DNA of 64,000 bases from Squalus acanthias (lineage: Eukaryota), in assembly GCA_030390025.1 (NCBI GenBank), contig CM059446.1:13950001-14014000 (forward strand), written 5' to 3'. Both the position numbers and the translations under genes were made by a program. Below the pieces are notes generated by a model. That model saw only the letters and a list, made by a program, of their open reading frames with translations. It was not told the DNA's origin and did no database searches. Shown one piece after another: positions 24,098 through 35,512 of this stretch. Numbering within the stretch: the first letter of the stretch is position 1; every line of letters starts with the position of its first letter.

Positions 24098-24647
24098 TTG
24101 TCATGGTCCATACATTATCTCGTCCCTTTAGAATCCTAAACACAGCAATTATATGACCTCTCCACATTCTCTGCCCATTTCACCAGTCTATGTTCTCCTG
24201 AAGTCTGGATTATAGTAGCCATTTCCAGTTGTGGCCGGTTAAATTAGCATTGGCTGGTCTGTATGGCTCCATTGCTCACTGGATAAACTCGATAAGCCAT
24301 GTTTTTATGTTATTTTGTGATTGGGCGTCCTAATAATGCAGCATCAAATTACATTTATTATGGTTGAAAACAACTTTACGTTCAGCAGCTCCACCTTTGC
24401 TCACACAGTCCATCCTGCAGATGGATTTGTTCTCCAGTCTCACTCCAACAGATTGTGCTTAATTAAAACACTAAGGAGACATATTCAAACCAATACATCA
24501 TAGTACTTCCCTTCCTTCAAAGCAAATAAGCATTTGCACCTACCTATAACTGAATGGTTCCCTTACTATTTATTATTTACAACATTAGTAATCTTGTAGT
24601 ACAACATATCTATATTGTAATTTAGAATCTCTACTTCCTGAAATTAA

Positions 24648-25007
24648 GTGCACTCTCTGTTGTTATGTAGGGAAACACGGCAGCCAATTTGTGCATTGCA
24701 AGGTCCTACAAATATCAATGAGAGTAATAACTAGATCATCTTTTTTAGTAATGTTGATTGAGGGATAGTTATTAAGCAAGATACCGAGCGAGCTGCCCTT
24801 CTCGCCTTTGAATAGTGCTATGGGATCTTTTATGTTCACTTGAGGGGGCAGACGGGTTTTCGGTGTAACTTCTCATGTGAACATCTCCCTCAGTGTTGCA
24901 CTGAGGTGTCGGCCGAGATTATGCACTCAAGTCTCTGGAGTGAGACTTGAACCAACAACCTTCTGACTCAGAGGTAAGAGTGCCACCTCTAAGCCAAGGC
25001 TGACACC
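24648..25007 (-). mobile_element. DeuSINE (minus) including tRNA head
   Basis: gtagggaaacacggcagccaattt..cttgaaccaacaaccttctgactcagagg..aagccaaggctgacac. Confidence 0.85.
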
Positions 25008-25285
25008 TGCGGATATAAAAGATCCTGTGCTACTATTTCCAAAGAGCTGGGAGCTCTCCTAGTGTCCTGGCCAACATTCGTCCCTCAACAAACACCACCA
25101 AAACGAAGTAACAGATCGTTTTTCTCATTGCTATTTGTGGGACCTTAGTACAGGTAAATTGGCTGTCATGTTTGCCTACAAGACCATAGTGGCTACACTT
25201 CAAATCTCACTCATTGGCTGTGAAACACTTTGGGATGTCCTAAGATCGTGAAAGATGCTGTATAAATGCATATTCTTTCATTTTC
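25008..25285 (+). mobile_element. DeuSINE (plus), 5'-truncated, abutting the previous copy head-to-head
   Basis: ggatataaaagatcc..gtgtcctggccaac..tgtataaatgcatattctttc. Confidence 0.85.
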
Positions 25286-25888
25286 CTTTCTGTAAATGAC
25301 CAGAAATGCATAATTCTTACTGGATAGGTAGATTGTCTCTTATTATCCATTCCATGAGTAGTTGCAATAGTGATAACACATTCTCTGATGTGGTACTAAA
25401 GTAAACTAGGCATCTCTTATGCACATCATTTTCATGGCCCCATAGCTTCTGTAACAGATTGCAAGATCAGCTATATCTCAAAGCAAAAGACTCTATTTTT
25501 AATGTTTATTTACCCATGGGATCTTACTGTTCACTGTAACTTTGTTTCCTGCAGCAGCCCGTCTGCCCATAATACATGAAATTACCATTTTGGGGGATTG
25601 AGATCAGAGACAAAATATTCTTTTTATGCAAATCTGTTTTGGAAACCACTTAACACAGGCTGCTTGCTTTGTCTTGAAAATCACCAATATAAGGTAAATG
25701 TACTTGGAAGCATGTGCAAATGGAATTATTTCTAGTATCATTTGGGGGTTAAGGAAACCAACATTTTAATTTGATAGTTTTGTTCACTTGCGACTTCCTA
25801 TATCCCAGAACTTCAAAGGGAACAGGAAGTAAGTCGCACTTGGCCTCCTGCAGCTCTTTAGTTCTTCTGGCAGCATCTTAATAAGAAT

Positions 25889-26339
25889 AAAGAAAGACTT
25901 GCATTTATATAGCGCCTTTCATGACCACCGGACGTCCCAAAGCGCTTTACAGAGGTACTTTTTGAAGTGTAGTCACTGTTGTAATGTAGGAAACGTGGCA
26001 GCCTATTTGCGCACAGACAGCAATGTGATAATGACCAGATAATCCGTTTTTTTTTAGTGATGCTGATTGAGAGATAAATATTGGCCAGGACACCAGGGAT
26101 AACACCCCTGCTCTTCTTTGAAATAGTGCCATAGGATCTTTTACATCCACCTGAGAGAGCAGACAGGGCCTCGGTTTAACGTCTCATCTGAAAGACGGCA
26201 CCTCTGACAGTGCAGCACTCTCTCAGTACTGCACTGGAGTGACAGCCTGGATTTTTTGTGCTCAAGTCCCTGGAGTGGGAATTGAACCCACAACCTTCTG
26301 ACTCAGAGGCGAGGGTGTTACCAACTGAGCGCCGAACAC
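25889..26339 (-). mobile_element. Near full-length DeuSINE
   Basis: aaagaaagacttgcatttatatagcgcctttcatgaccaccggacg..gaacccacaaccttctgactcagaggcgagggtgttaccaactgagc. Confidence 0.92.
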
Positions 26340-26409
26340 CTGAAGACTCCATTAGTATAGACTAAATTTTACATGCAAGTTGTGTTACAGACACTTGTCC
26401 AGGTTCATT

Positions 26410-27044
26410 GGCCCAGAAATTTGACTCGGAGGCTTGCCGCGGGGGTAAGGATCTTGCGCGATATCACACTCTGCGCCGGTCGTTGTGTTTCGGGCCCACA
26501 GGAACTTCTGGTCCTGGGCCTCTCCCTGTCAAATCTATGAATACAAATTGCCCCCAAAAGAACAGCTAAACCTCAAATAATTTTTTTTTAAACCATCACA
26601 TTAATAAAATAACTATAGTTAAATAAATTAACCATTTTAAACAAAAATTTAAATTTTTGAAAAAATTTAAATTCTTTTTAAAAGTTATAAAAATAAACTT
26701 ACCTTTCTTTAAAGTCTCTAAAAAAGATAAACCTGTCGGAAAAAATTTAACATTATACTTAATTAACTACTTACCTTGTTAAAAGGGGGTCTTACGCCTC
26801 CTTTTTTCATGTGTAAATTCTTCCATACTTACCCTCGCGTTGAAACCTGAAAAAAAACCTAAGTGCGCTGCGTGCGCACAGCCTGTAGTGTGCACGCGGT
26901 TCATCTAGGAACCGCCCCCTTCGCCATACCGGAAGTGCCGGTTTCCCGCGCATGCGCAGTGCATGCAGGAAACCGGCACTTCAGGAGGCCTTGCGGGTGA
27001 GTACACAGTGCGCACTCACCCGGCAAGTGCCGAAGTTTTGGCCC
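26410..27044. mobile_element. PIF/Harbinger-type MITE
   Basis: Imperfect TIRs GGCCCAGAAATTTGAC and GCCGAAGTTTTGGCCC. GC-rich ends, very AT-rich middle, internal hairpins. TSD imperfect (ATT/AGT). Confidence 0.65.
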
Positions 27045-28475
27045 AGTATCTTTAGGAGAGTTAACAAAGAGTCACATCTTGCAAGTTGGAAGTTCTATAA
27101 TCAAGTGAAATTTTCTGCATCAACTTTCTGCTACTGCATCATTTTTTACTTCTAATAAACCTGATTTGGGTTTATAGCCTAAATCACACGTCCTGATAGT
27201 GTTTATAGTCTTCAGCTATCCAAAGGCTAGAAGAACATTACAGGGCTCATGTCAATTCCTGTGACAACAGTGTCCTGTCCAACCTCTGTGCAATGCTATA
27301 TTACCAGCTACTGTGCACATACGGTCACACCCAGCTTCATAGGGAGTGTGGGCTCACTTACAGAAGTGGCCCTTGGCAGTGAGCAGAGAGGAAATATTTA
27401 TTGGAAGCCCTAAAATTGTAACAAATTCTTTGCCATCTGCATTGACTTTTCCATGAGTTAATTTTACTGCGGTAATTAAAACCTGAAGTTGTGCAAATGA
27501 ATTCTCATTCTTTCACAAACTGTCTGAAATCAGTACTTGCAAACTGTGACCCATCGTCATTAATGGTTTCAATAGGGATTCATTTCTGGGGGAAATAGCT
27601 TTCATGACAGTTGATCACCATTTTGTTTGTGATGTTAAATATAATGCACATCAATGGGTAATACTAGTACCAAGCTTTCTGGTGCTAATATTACCAGTTG
27701 ATATGATACTGGGTGAGGTTTCAGTGCTTTTGCTCATTAGTTTGATCTACATTTTAAGCACACGAATGATATCCCGATTTATTCAGCGGCAATACATGAA
27801 CTCACATTAACCCTTTTTGACATTTCTCCCTGCCCGTGTGTTCCTATAATGTTTTAGTCTTTTCTGTACTACCTAAAATGGATTTTGTTAATTTATATTA
27901 TTTATGTCCTATTAAATTCAACTAGCTATCTTAAAATAAAGTCAAGAGGCATGAATCTAGATTAGTTAACATAGTTATTTGGGATGATAATAGCAAACAA
28001 AAGGGGGATCATTGTATACAACCTCAAGCATTTCACACCTTTCTGATAGACTGGTTCCAGGGTGACACCTCAAGTGTCAGCAATGAAACCTCATGTTTTT
28101 GCAAATTTCTGCAGCTTTGAACAATGGAAAGATCCCAGAGTATCAGCCATTGACAACCATGTTAAGCTATTCATTCAATGCTGATGGCCAATTATTCTGG
28201 GTTAATTGATCAATGAGAGATATTTCCCCACAGTTCCAAAGAGGGGGGAGATTTAAATTTGAGGATCTCTGTGATTGACAGCTCAGCAGGTCGTACGCAT
28301 GCCCTCACAATCTTCAGCGGCTAGCTCTCTGATTCTTTCAATGAATCACCAAACAGGCAAGTGAGCATGAGAAATCAGTTACAGAAAGTTAGAACCAGTT
28401 CACTTTGAAATAGCTTAGCTTGAAAAGAGACTTTACATACGACATCAGTAAGTCTGCGTCTTTATTATTTTTCAT

Positions 28476-28936
28476 GAAAGAGAAAGACAGAAAGAAAAGA
28501 AAGACTTGCATTTCTATAGCGCCTTTCACGACCTCAGGACGTCCCAAAGCGCTTTACAGCCAATGAAGTACTTTTTGAAGTGTAGTCACTGTTGTAATGT
28601 AGGAAATGCAGCAGCCAATTTGTACACAGCAAGCTCCCACAAACAGCAGCATGATAATGACCAGATAATCTGTTTTAGTGATGTTGATTGAGGGATAAAT
28701 ATTTGCCAGGACACTGGGGAGAACTCCCCTGCTCTTCATCAAAATAGTGCCATGGGATCTTTTACATCCACCTGAGAGTGCAGACGGGGCCTCGGTTGAA
28801 TGTCTCATCCAAAAGACGGCACCTCTGACAGTGCAGCACTCCCTCAGTACTGCACTGGAGTGTCAGTCTAGATTTTTGTGCTCAAGTCTCTGAAGTGGGG
28901 CTTGAACCCACAACCTTCTGACACAGAGGCAAAGTG
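28476..28936 (-). mobile_element. Near full-length DeuSINE
   Basis: (GAAA)n tail, then aagacttgcatttctatagcgcctttcacgacctcaggacg..cttgaacccacaaccttctgacacagaggc. Confidence 0.92.
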
Positions 28937-29244
28937 TAATAAATTAATTTCACCATGAAAACTGTATTTGGTACATTTTTGTATTTTATGTAAAATAATA
29001 GTTTGTAGGTTTGCAGTCATGCTTCATTTCAGCAGAGTGTTTTCCAGTCCATCGTCATTAAAGTGCAAAATTTCAATAGCCAGTGTACAGGGCAGGGGTT
29101 CTATGTTATAATTCCCAGGTCATACTATTGTTTAACAAGATATTGGGCAATAAAAGGTGCATTCTGGATCATAAGGTATGTGGCGCCTACTTACTGTATG
29201 CATTATTCCATCGATTACTATTAACTCCTCTTTACAGTTTCTTT

Positions 29245-29393
29245 CCTTTAAGACGTTTCTTAAAACCTACGCATTTGACTAAGTACCTGTCCTAATACCT
29301 CCTTATGTGGCTCGGTGTCAATTTTTTTTTGATAATGCACCTGTAAAATGCCTTGGTACGTTTTACTATGTTAAAGGCACTACGTAAATACAA
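29245..29393 (+). mobile_element. L2 LINE 3' end
   Basis: cctttaagacgtttcttaaaacctac..ttttactatgttaaaggcactacgtaaatacaa; similar to 23898-24097. Confidence 0.8.
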
Positions 29394-29489
29394 TTTCAAC
29401 AGTAAAACATGGCCATACGGAAACTTTCCGACATACTGACATATGGGCCGATAAACCAATTTGTTCTAAAACTTTGCAGATGTGCCTAC

Positions 29490-31000
29490 AGTAACTTGCA
29501 TTCATACAGTGCCTTTAATATAAAAAAGATCCCAAGGTGCTTTACAAACAAGTGTTTTGCCAGAGGTGGGCAGCATTACAGAGGTGGAAGTAGGCAACCT
29601 GTGTCTGGGTTTTGTCAGCTTACAAGTGGAAGCATCCTCATGTCTACGATAATGTCGCCATGGAGTAGCATGTAGATGAGGAAGAGAAGGGAGCCAAGAA
29701 TAGATCCTGGTGCAGCTTCAGAGGCAACGGTATGGCAGTAGGAAGCTTCTTCTTAGGCGGAACCGAGGATGACTTGCTTCCACATTAAAAATGAGTTCGC
29801 AGGTGACTGATGAGTCCAATGCGGTCTCTGTCACAGGTGGGGCAGACGGTGGTTGAAGGGGCGGGTGGGTGGGGTGCTTGGGTTGACGTGCGCTCCTTGC
29901 GCTGCCTGTGCTTGGCTTCCGCTTGCTCCCGGCGAAGAGATTCGAGGTGTTCGGCGCCTTCCCGGATGCTTTTCCTCCACTTTGTGCGGTCTTGGGCCAG
30001 GGATTCCCAGGTGTTGGTGGGGATGTTACACTTTTTTAAGGAGGCTTTGAGGGTGTCCTTGAAGCGTTTCCTCTGCCCACCTGGGGCTCTCTTGCCGTGC
30101 CGGAGCTCCGAATAGAGCGCTTGGTTTGGGAGTCTCGTATCGGGCAATCGGAAAATGTGACCTGTCCATCAGAGCTGATCGAGCGTGGTCAAAGCTTCGA
30201 TGCTGGCCTGAGCAAGAACACTGACGTTGGTGCTAAGCTAAGCCATTGCTGGAGATGCTCTGGCTATGATTGAGTAGGTAAGAATGGAACCAAGAGAGGG
30301 CAGTGCTACTGAGCTGGACAATGGAGGAGGATGGTGTGCTCGACCATGTCAAAGGCTGCAGAGAAGTTGAGGAGGACAAAGAGGGATAAAGCATGATGGT
30401 TAAGGTTACAGTGGATATCATTTGTAATTTTTCCAAGAGCTAGTGCAATGCTGTGGCAGGGTGGAAACTTGATTTGAGAGATTCAAACGGAGTTGCGGGA
30501 AAGATGAACATGAACACATCTGACAATACATTCAAGGATTTTGGAGAGGAAAGAGAGGTTGGTGATGATGCAGTTGGTTTCAAGGACAGAGGGGTTGACG
30601 ATGGGTCTTTTGAGGAGGAGGTGATGATGGGAGTTTTGAAAGAAAGCGGGCCAGCACTCAAGGAGAGGGAAGCATTTACAATGCCAGCTAGCATGGGGGC
30701 CAGGAAGGGAAGTTGTCTGGTCAACAGCTTTGTGAGAATGGGGTCAAGGGAGCAGGAGGTGAGTCTCATGGACAAGATGAGTTTGGTGAGGGAATGAGGG
30801 CAGATGGGAAAGAAATTTAGCAGAGATGTGGGTTCAGGGCTAAGGCAGGGGATGATTTGGCATGGTGGGAAATGGGAAGTGGGGAAGCAACAGAGGCAGC
30901 TGAACGAATGGTCTCAATCATAGTGACAAAAAAGTCCTCGTTATTGGAGGTGAGGGTGGAGGGGGCAAGGAAGAGGGGTCTCAATAAGGCAGTTGGCAGT
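29490..31000 (-). mobile_element. Decayed, internally deleted L2 LINE (RT region) interrupted by RTE
   Basis: Minus-strand frames give SCSLDPILTKLL, a YADD-like motif (~29620), LSWFHSYLLNHSQ; L2 tail rc at 29490-29548. Confidence 0.8.
29748..30234 (-). mobile_element. Relatively young RTE-clade LINE 3' end
   Basis: QL.WTGHIFRLPDTRLPNQALYSELRHGKRAPGGQRKRFKDTLKASLKK..CPTCDR..IGLISHLRTH, (AAG)n tail, AAGCT duplicated at 29743-29747 and 30235-30239. Confidence 0.9.
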
Positions 31001-32255
31001 GGTGATATGAAGGTGGGGGGGTTAATTTTGATCTTGAGGACTGTAAATTTATGAGCAAGAGTGTGAGTTGGAAGGCACACAGCTGCTTTCAAAAACAGCT
31101 CCATTATAAATGAAACGTACATCTCCTCAAGCTGTACACCATTCCTGGGGCTGAAGGGTGCAGGCCTTTGTGACCTACTCCTTAGACTCTGGCCATGCCA
31201 GCTTTAAGAATGTGTACAAGAACAGATCAAGGCAATTCATTCTCTGATTACCCCTTCCCAACCCATGGAGAATGATGTGATCTTATTTTGGCACTTGATG
31301 GTATAGCCAGAGTCTGAATCAGATATGAATCCATATCCTATTACTCCACAGGCCAGTACACTACGCCATTCTACCATCAATGCAGTTTTCCTATTTTATC
31401 TCTCGGAATGCAGCAGCAATTATTCATCAACATTTCAAAACAAAACTAGTTGGGGGGAGTCGGATTAAAAATGTATTTGAAATTTAATTCGAGGAAAGCT
31501 CAAATAAGAAAAAAATGGTTTCAATCCATTTATTGTCTTTGTGATATTTAGCAACAGAACATAACTGAGCATGTAATCTGTTAGACAACAAGTAGTTCGA
31601 AGCAGCAGAGGGCTTTCAAGCAACTCAGAGGATTAGGTGACTATTCATAGTATGCTCAAGTGAGCAATGCCATACAAAAAATATATAAAACTTTAGTTAT
31701 CACTTTTACAAATTACATCTGAAATGATTATTACAGCTGAGTGGTACAGCGTAAGTATTCCGCTGCAATCAAATAAGTGAGATCCTGAGAACTAATGCTA
31801 TTAAAGTACAGGCGGGCTACTGCGAACCAGGTGTGAATGGGCCTGACACGTGAGAGATGAACAACGAGCAAAATCCATTAACCTATAAACTAACATAGGT
31901 TCAATTTCACAAGCTCAAATAACACGGATCCAGAATCAATAAAGCAGCAGATAGCTGTGCCTCCGAGTTTTTTCCATTTCTTGTTTTGTAGAGAAGTATT
32001 AATTTTCAGATACGAGGTCAGCAAATAAAAGATATGCAAAACAAAAAGGTTTAAAGGATTATTTGCATTCTCAGGAAAAAAAAGGAAAAACTCGAACCGT
32101 GTTCCTTTTCTGTGAAATGGTACAATTACAAAATGAGCATCGATTACAAGTCCCTTGAAAATGATACAAAAGGTTTCAAAAGCCAGTTTGAAAGCAGGTC
32201 TTATGAAGAAAGAAAATGACACACACATGCCTGCAGATGTCATTGCAAACACTAA

Positions 32256-33990
32256 GGACACGATTTCCCCTACCTTGGCGGGTCCGGTGCGGGTGACGGG
32301 TCCTGACCCCGCTGCTGGTTCCAGCCCACTCTGTGAAATGATTTTACGATGATTGGCCTTGTTAAGCCCGCCCAGCGCGTTTGCCGGCCAACTGAAGGAA
32401 GTGGGTCTCATGACGTCATTTGATGATGCATCATCTGCCAGTTTCCTTAAAGGGACCATGCGCAAATTGATTTTGACAGTTGTGCTGTCGGTGTTCTACA
32501 GCATTGAGGTGCTGCAAACACTGACAAGCACTGCACAGGTGTGAACGGCTGCACCCAAGCTATTGCATGTCTCCCTCCATAAGCACAGCATGTAGGGAGG
32601 TTCTCTTCCCTTCCAATGGGCAGAAGAGACCTCCCCAGGAGACCAACACAGCCTGGTTGTACATTGCACAGGAGGGCACAAGCAGGGATGTCGTCAGGAG
32701 GACCAGGCTGCAGTGGCGCAAACCTTTCAATGACCTCTTTAGATCACGAAATGTTACTGCAAGACCACACTTAATCTCATCCTCCTGTGCCACTCATCAC
32801 ATCCCCATCACTCTGCCTTCCCCTACCCTACTCCTGCACATCCTTACTCACACCAACTTATCTTGCACCTCCACCCATCCTTCTCTATCTACATTATCAC
32901 TTCCCCATCTCTCTAGCCACCCCTCACACTCACCCCCATCCTAGTCCAATCATACCAACTAACAACACACAAGGGTAGGCACTTGGGTGTTTTATGCAAT
33001 GTTCATGTAAAGTTTCTGTTAATGTGCTGTCAAACATTGAAACCTTTATTTTCAACACTTTGCTTTCTTGGACAGATTTGTGTACACCTTTGGAAGTGGC
33101 TTAGTGAGTTGCAGTGAATGGTTAGACATAATGGTACCCCCCGCAATGGTCATGAGTGTGAAATGAATGGCTTGGGCATTGTAGGGATGCTTTATGTTGT
33201 TGGTGTGGGGTGGTGCCAACCTAGCGCATTATGTGACACCCAGGGTGTACAGTGTCAAGTGAAGTAAATCTGGCCATGGTGAGGCCATCCCTGGCATCCC
33301 AGGCAGCAATGTGGTCAAGTGCTGATGCCCTGTGTCCTGTGCAGCATCAGTTGTTGCGGAGAAGGTTGGTGTCGTTGTTGGTGCTGCTGGTGTGCCTGGT
33401 GTTGGGGCTGATCGTGGTGGGATTCTGAGGACCAAGGTGAGATAGTTTCAAGGGCACCAATGCTGATGTAATAGATGGCAGGTGAACTTGAGATGACAGA
33501 AGCGATCTGTCAATGGCGAGCAAGGTTGTTCCAATGAGGTGACACTGGATACAGAGTTTACTCCAAACACTTGTAACCTGCATAAAGCTCAATCTTTCTT
33601 CCAAATGCAGTAAGCAACAGCTTCTGAGCTTGGAAAGTGAACAGCTGTGAGATGAGAGCTTTTATAGCACATTTGCAGCTGTCAAGTAATGAGATGATTC
33701 CATGCTCATACAACTCCCGACCTCCTTACCTGACGTGATCCCCGAGCAGCGTGGATCTTGTGGGTGAGCTCGTAAAATGGTAAGGTGAGCTCAAAATACT
33801 GTTTAATGGGCTGTTAACAAGGTCATAATGTCCTAAATTGCCTCCCCCGCCGCAGCGTGTCAGGTCTGTTCAGCCCCTACAGACCCAACATCTGAGAAAG
33901 TCCCGTGGTGGTAGGTTGCGACCCACTGTCAGGAAAAAAAAAAGTTTCCACCTGACCCACCACCTGCGGAGCCCCTGAAAAATTCCCCCC
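32256..33990 (+). mobile_element. Internally deleted PIF/Harbinger transposon
   Basis: Ends TAA|GGACACGATTT and AAATTCCCCCC|CAA. Myb/SANT-like remnant on + strand; possible transposase-end remnant on - strand (~33230-33620). Confidence 0.7.
32545..32750 (+). pseudogene. Harbinger Myb/SANT-like (NAIF1/MSANTD-type) DNA-binding domain remnant
   Basis: REVLFPSNGQKRPPQETNTAWLYIAQEGTSRDVVRRTRLQWRKPFNDL matches the LF..W..IA..R...QCRK.FNDL pattern. Confidence 0.75.
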
Positions 33991-34772
33991 CAAAGCTTTG
34001 AATTTTGTCCTCGACTTATAGAGGGCACATTCAGATTTCTAAATCAACAAAAGAGACAATTAGATTCACAAGAAAACACTAGAAACATGTGAGTATTGCA
34101 AAGAACCATACTTTACATATTGAATTTTCTCACACATCTTGGTTTCTAACACAATATTATCTGCAGCACACACAAAGAGAAGAAGCTCGAGTGCCGTGTT
34201 ATAGGATTCCAAGTAAAATATGTCAAAGGAGAGCGTAATAGTTTAATTATGGGAAATGATTAAGATAGAGCAGGTTTATTATTAAATACTGTGATATATG
34301 ACAAGTTGATAAAAGTGGATTCAGCTGCGTGCTCGCACTGCAATCGCTCACCTCTGCAAGAGAGAACTGCTCAGCTAACACCTCTCATTTCTGCGATGGA
34401 GACGTTCCCAACATGTCATTAATGAGGAAATAAGAACTTCAAACTGTGCTGAAAAACTTGTATTAGAATACACTTCAAGCCCCACTCATGTTGCACAACT
34501 CCTACCAGTGGAAATGGTTCCACAATATGCAATAGCTGCTAGTGTCCTGAATTTGCCTGTATGGTAGATTTAGAGCTTAGGCAGCAACGCTTAAACAACT
34601 GTGCGTGCATTTCTGATTTTAGAATTCTGCTCTGGATCTTTCTAGGTTTCAGGGGAGGCCAGCAAAATACACTGACCCTGTTCCAGAATTACCCAAGAGA
34701 AATCAGCAGCAGGACCCAATCACTGCCACCCTGTTGTGATTAATACAAATCGCTCCGAGGAAAGTTAAATAT

Positions 34773-35512
34773 TGGGCCAGATTTTGCTGTCAAAATAACA
34801 GCAAGGCTCATGGCGCTCGCCGTTATCTATGCGTAAATGGTACAGCAAATTCAGGCGTGGGGCAGATGCATGGTTAATTGCCAATATCCAAAAATTACTG
34901 TCTGAGTTGTGCCACTCCGCCGTTCGCTTTGTGAAAATGACATTTCACTGGTCTGGCTCACCATTGAAATGCATTGAATGGTATGAAATTGCTGTATTTG
35001 CGAGGTAGATACAAACTAAACCTGCCGTAGATATTTAGGGCTAGTTATTACAAGCATAAGTACCTTTTTTTAAGTGTTATCAACCTCTCTGGCACCAAAA
35101 AATAACCACTAGAAGTGTGGTGTCTCATTCCTTCAGGTTGTGAATTGTTTTAGGAGATTTTTAAAAATGTTAATTCAAATTTGTTTTTCTTACTTTTCCT
35201 TTGTCTCTTTTTTCTCTCGTAATCCAATCTTTCTTTCCCTCTCTTTCTGTACCTGATTTGACATTGAATTCACCCCCTTTAATTCACCCTCCTTCTCAGT
35301 CCTTCCCATGTTTATTTCCCAATCCTTAAATCTCATTGGTTAAGGAGATAGCCTGTTGGTTGCCCTGTTCACTCAGTTCCCAGATGCCCTGTTTTCCTCG
35401 CTTCGCCGTTATCAGCTCGCACTTTCAGCAACTTAGTGGGCAAAATTCTTTTGAGCTGAAAGGTGCAGGGGCAAGTCTAACTAATGGCAGATGCCATTAG
35501 CTGCCCTGCTAT
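34773..35512. mobile_element. Harbinger-like MITE, right end eroded
   Basis: Starts GGGCCAGATTTTGCTG; repeated CGCCGTTA motifs near both ends; AT/pyrimidine-rich middle. Confidence 0.5.

Larger units (their letters stand above)
23291..24170 (-). mobile_element. Old CR1 LINE 3' portion interrupted by two younger inserts
   Basis: Tail rc tatagaatcataga at 23292. The sequence reads continuously across inserts at 23329-23464 and 23898-24097, each bounded by a short duplication. Confidence 0.6.
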
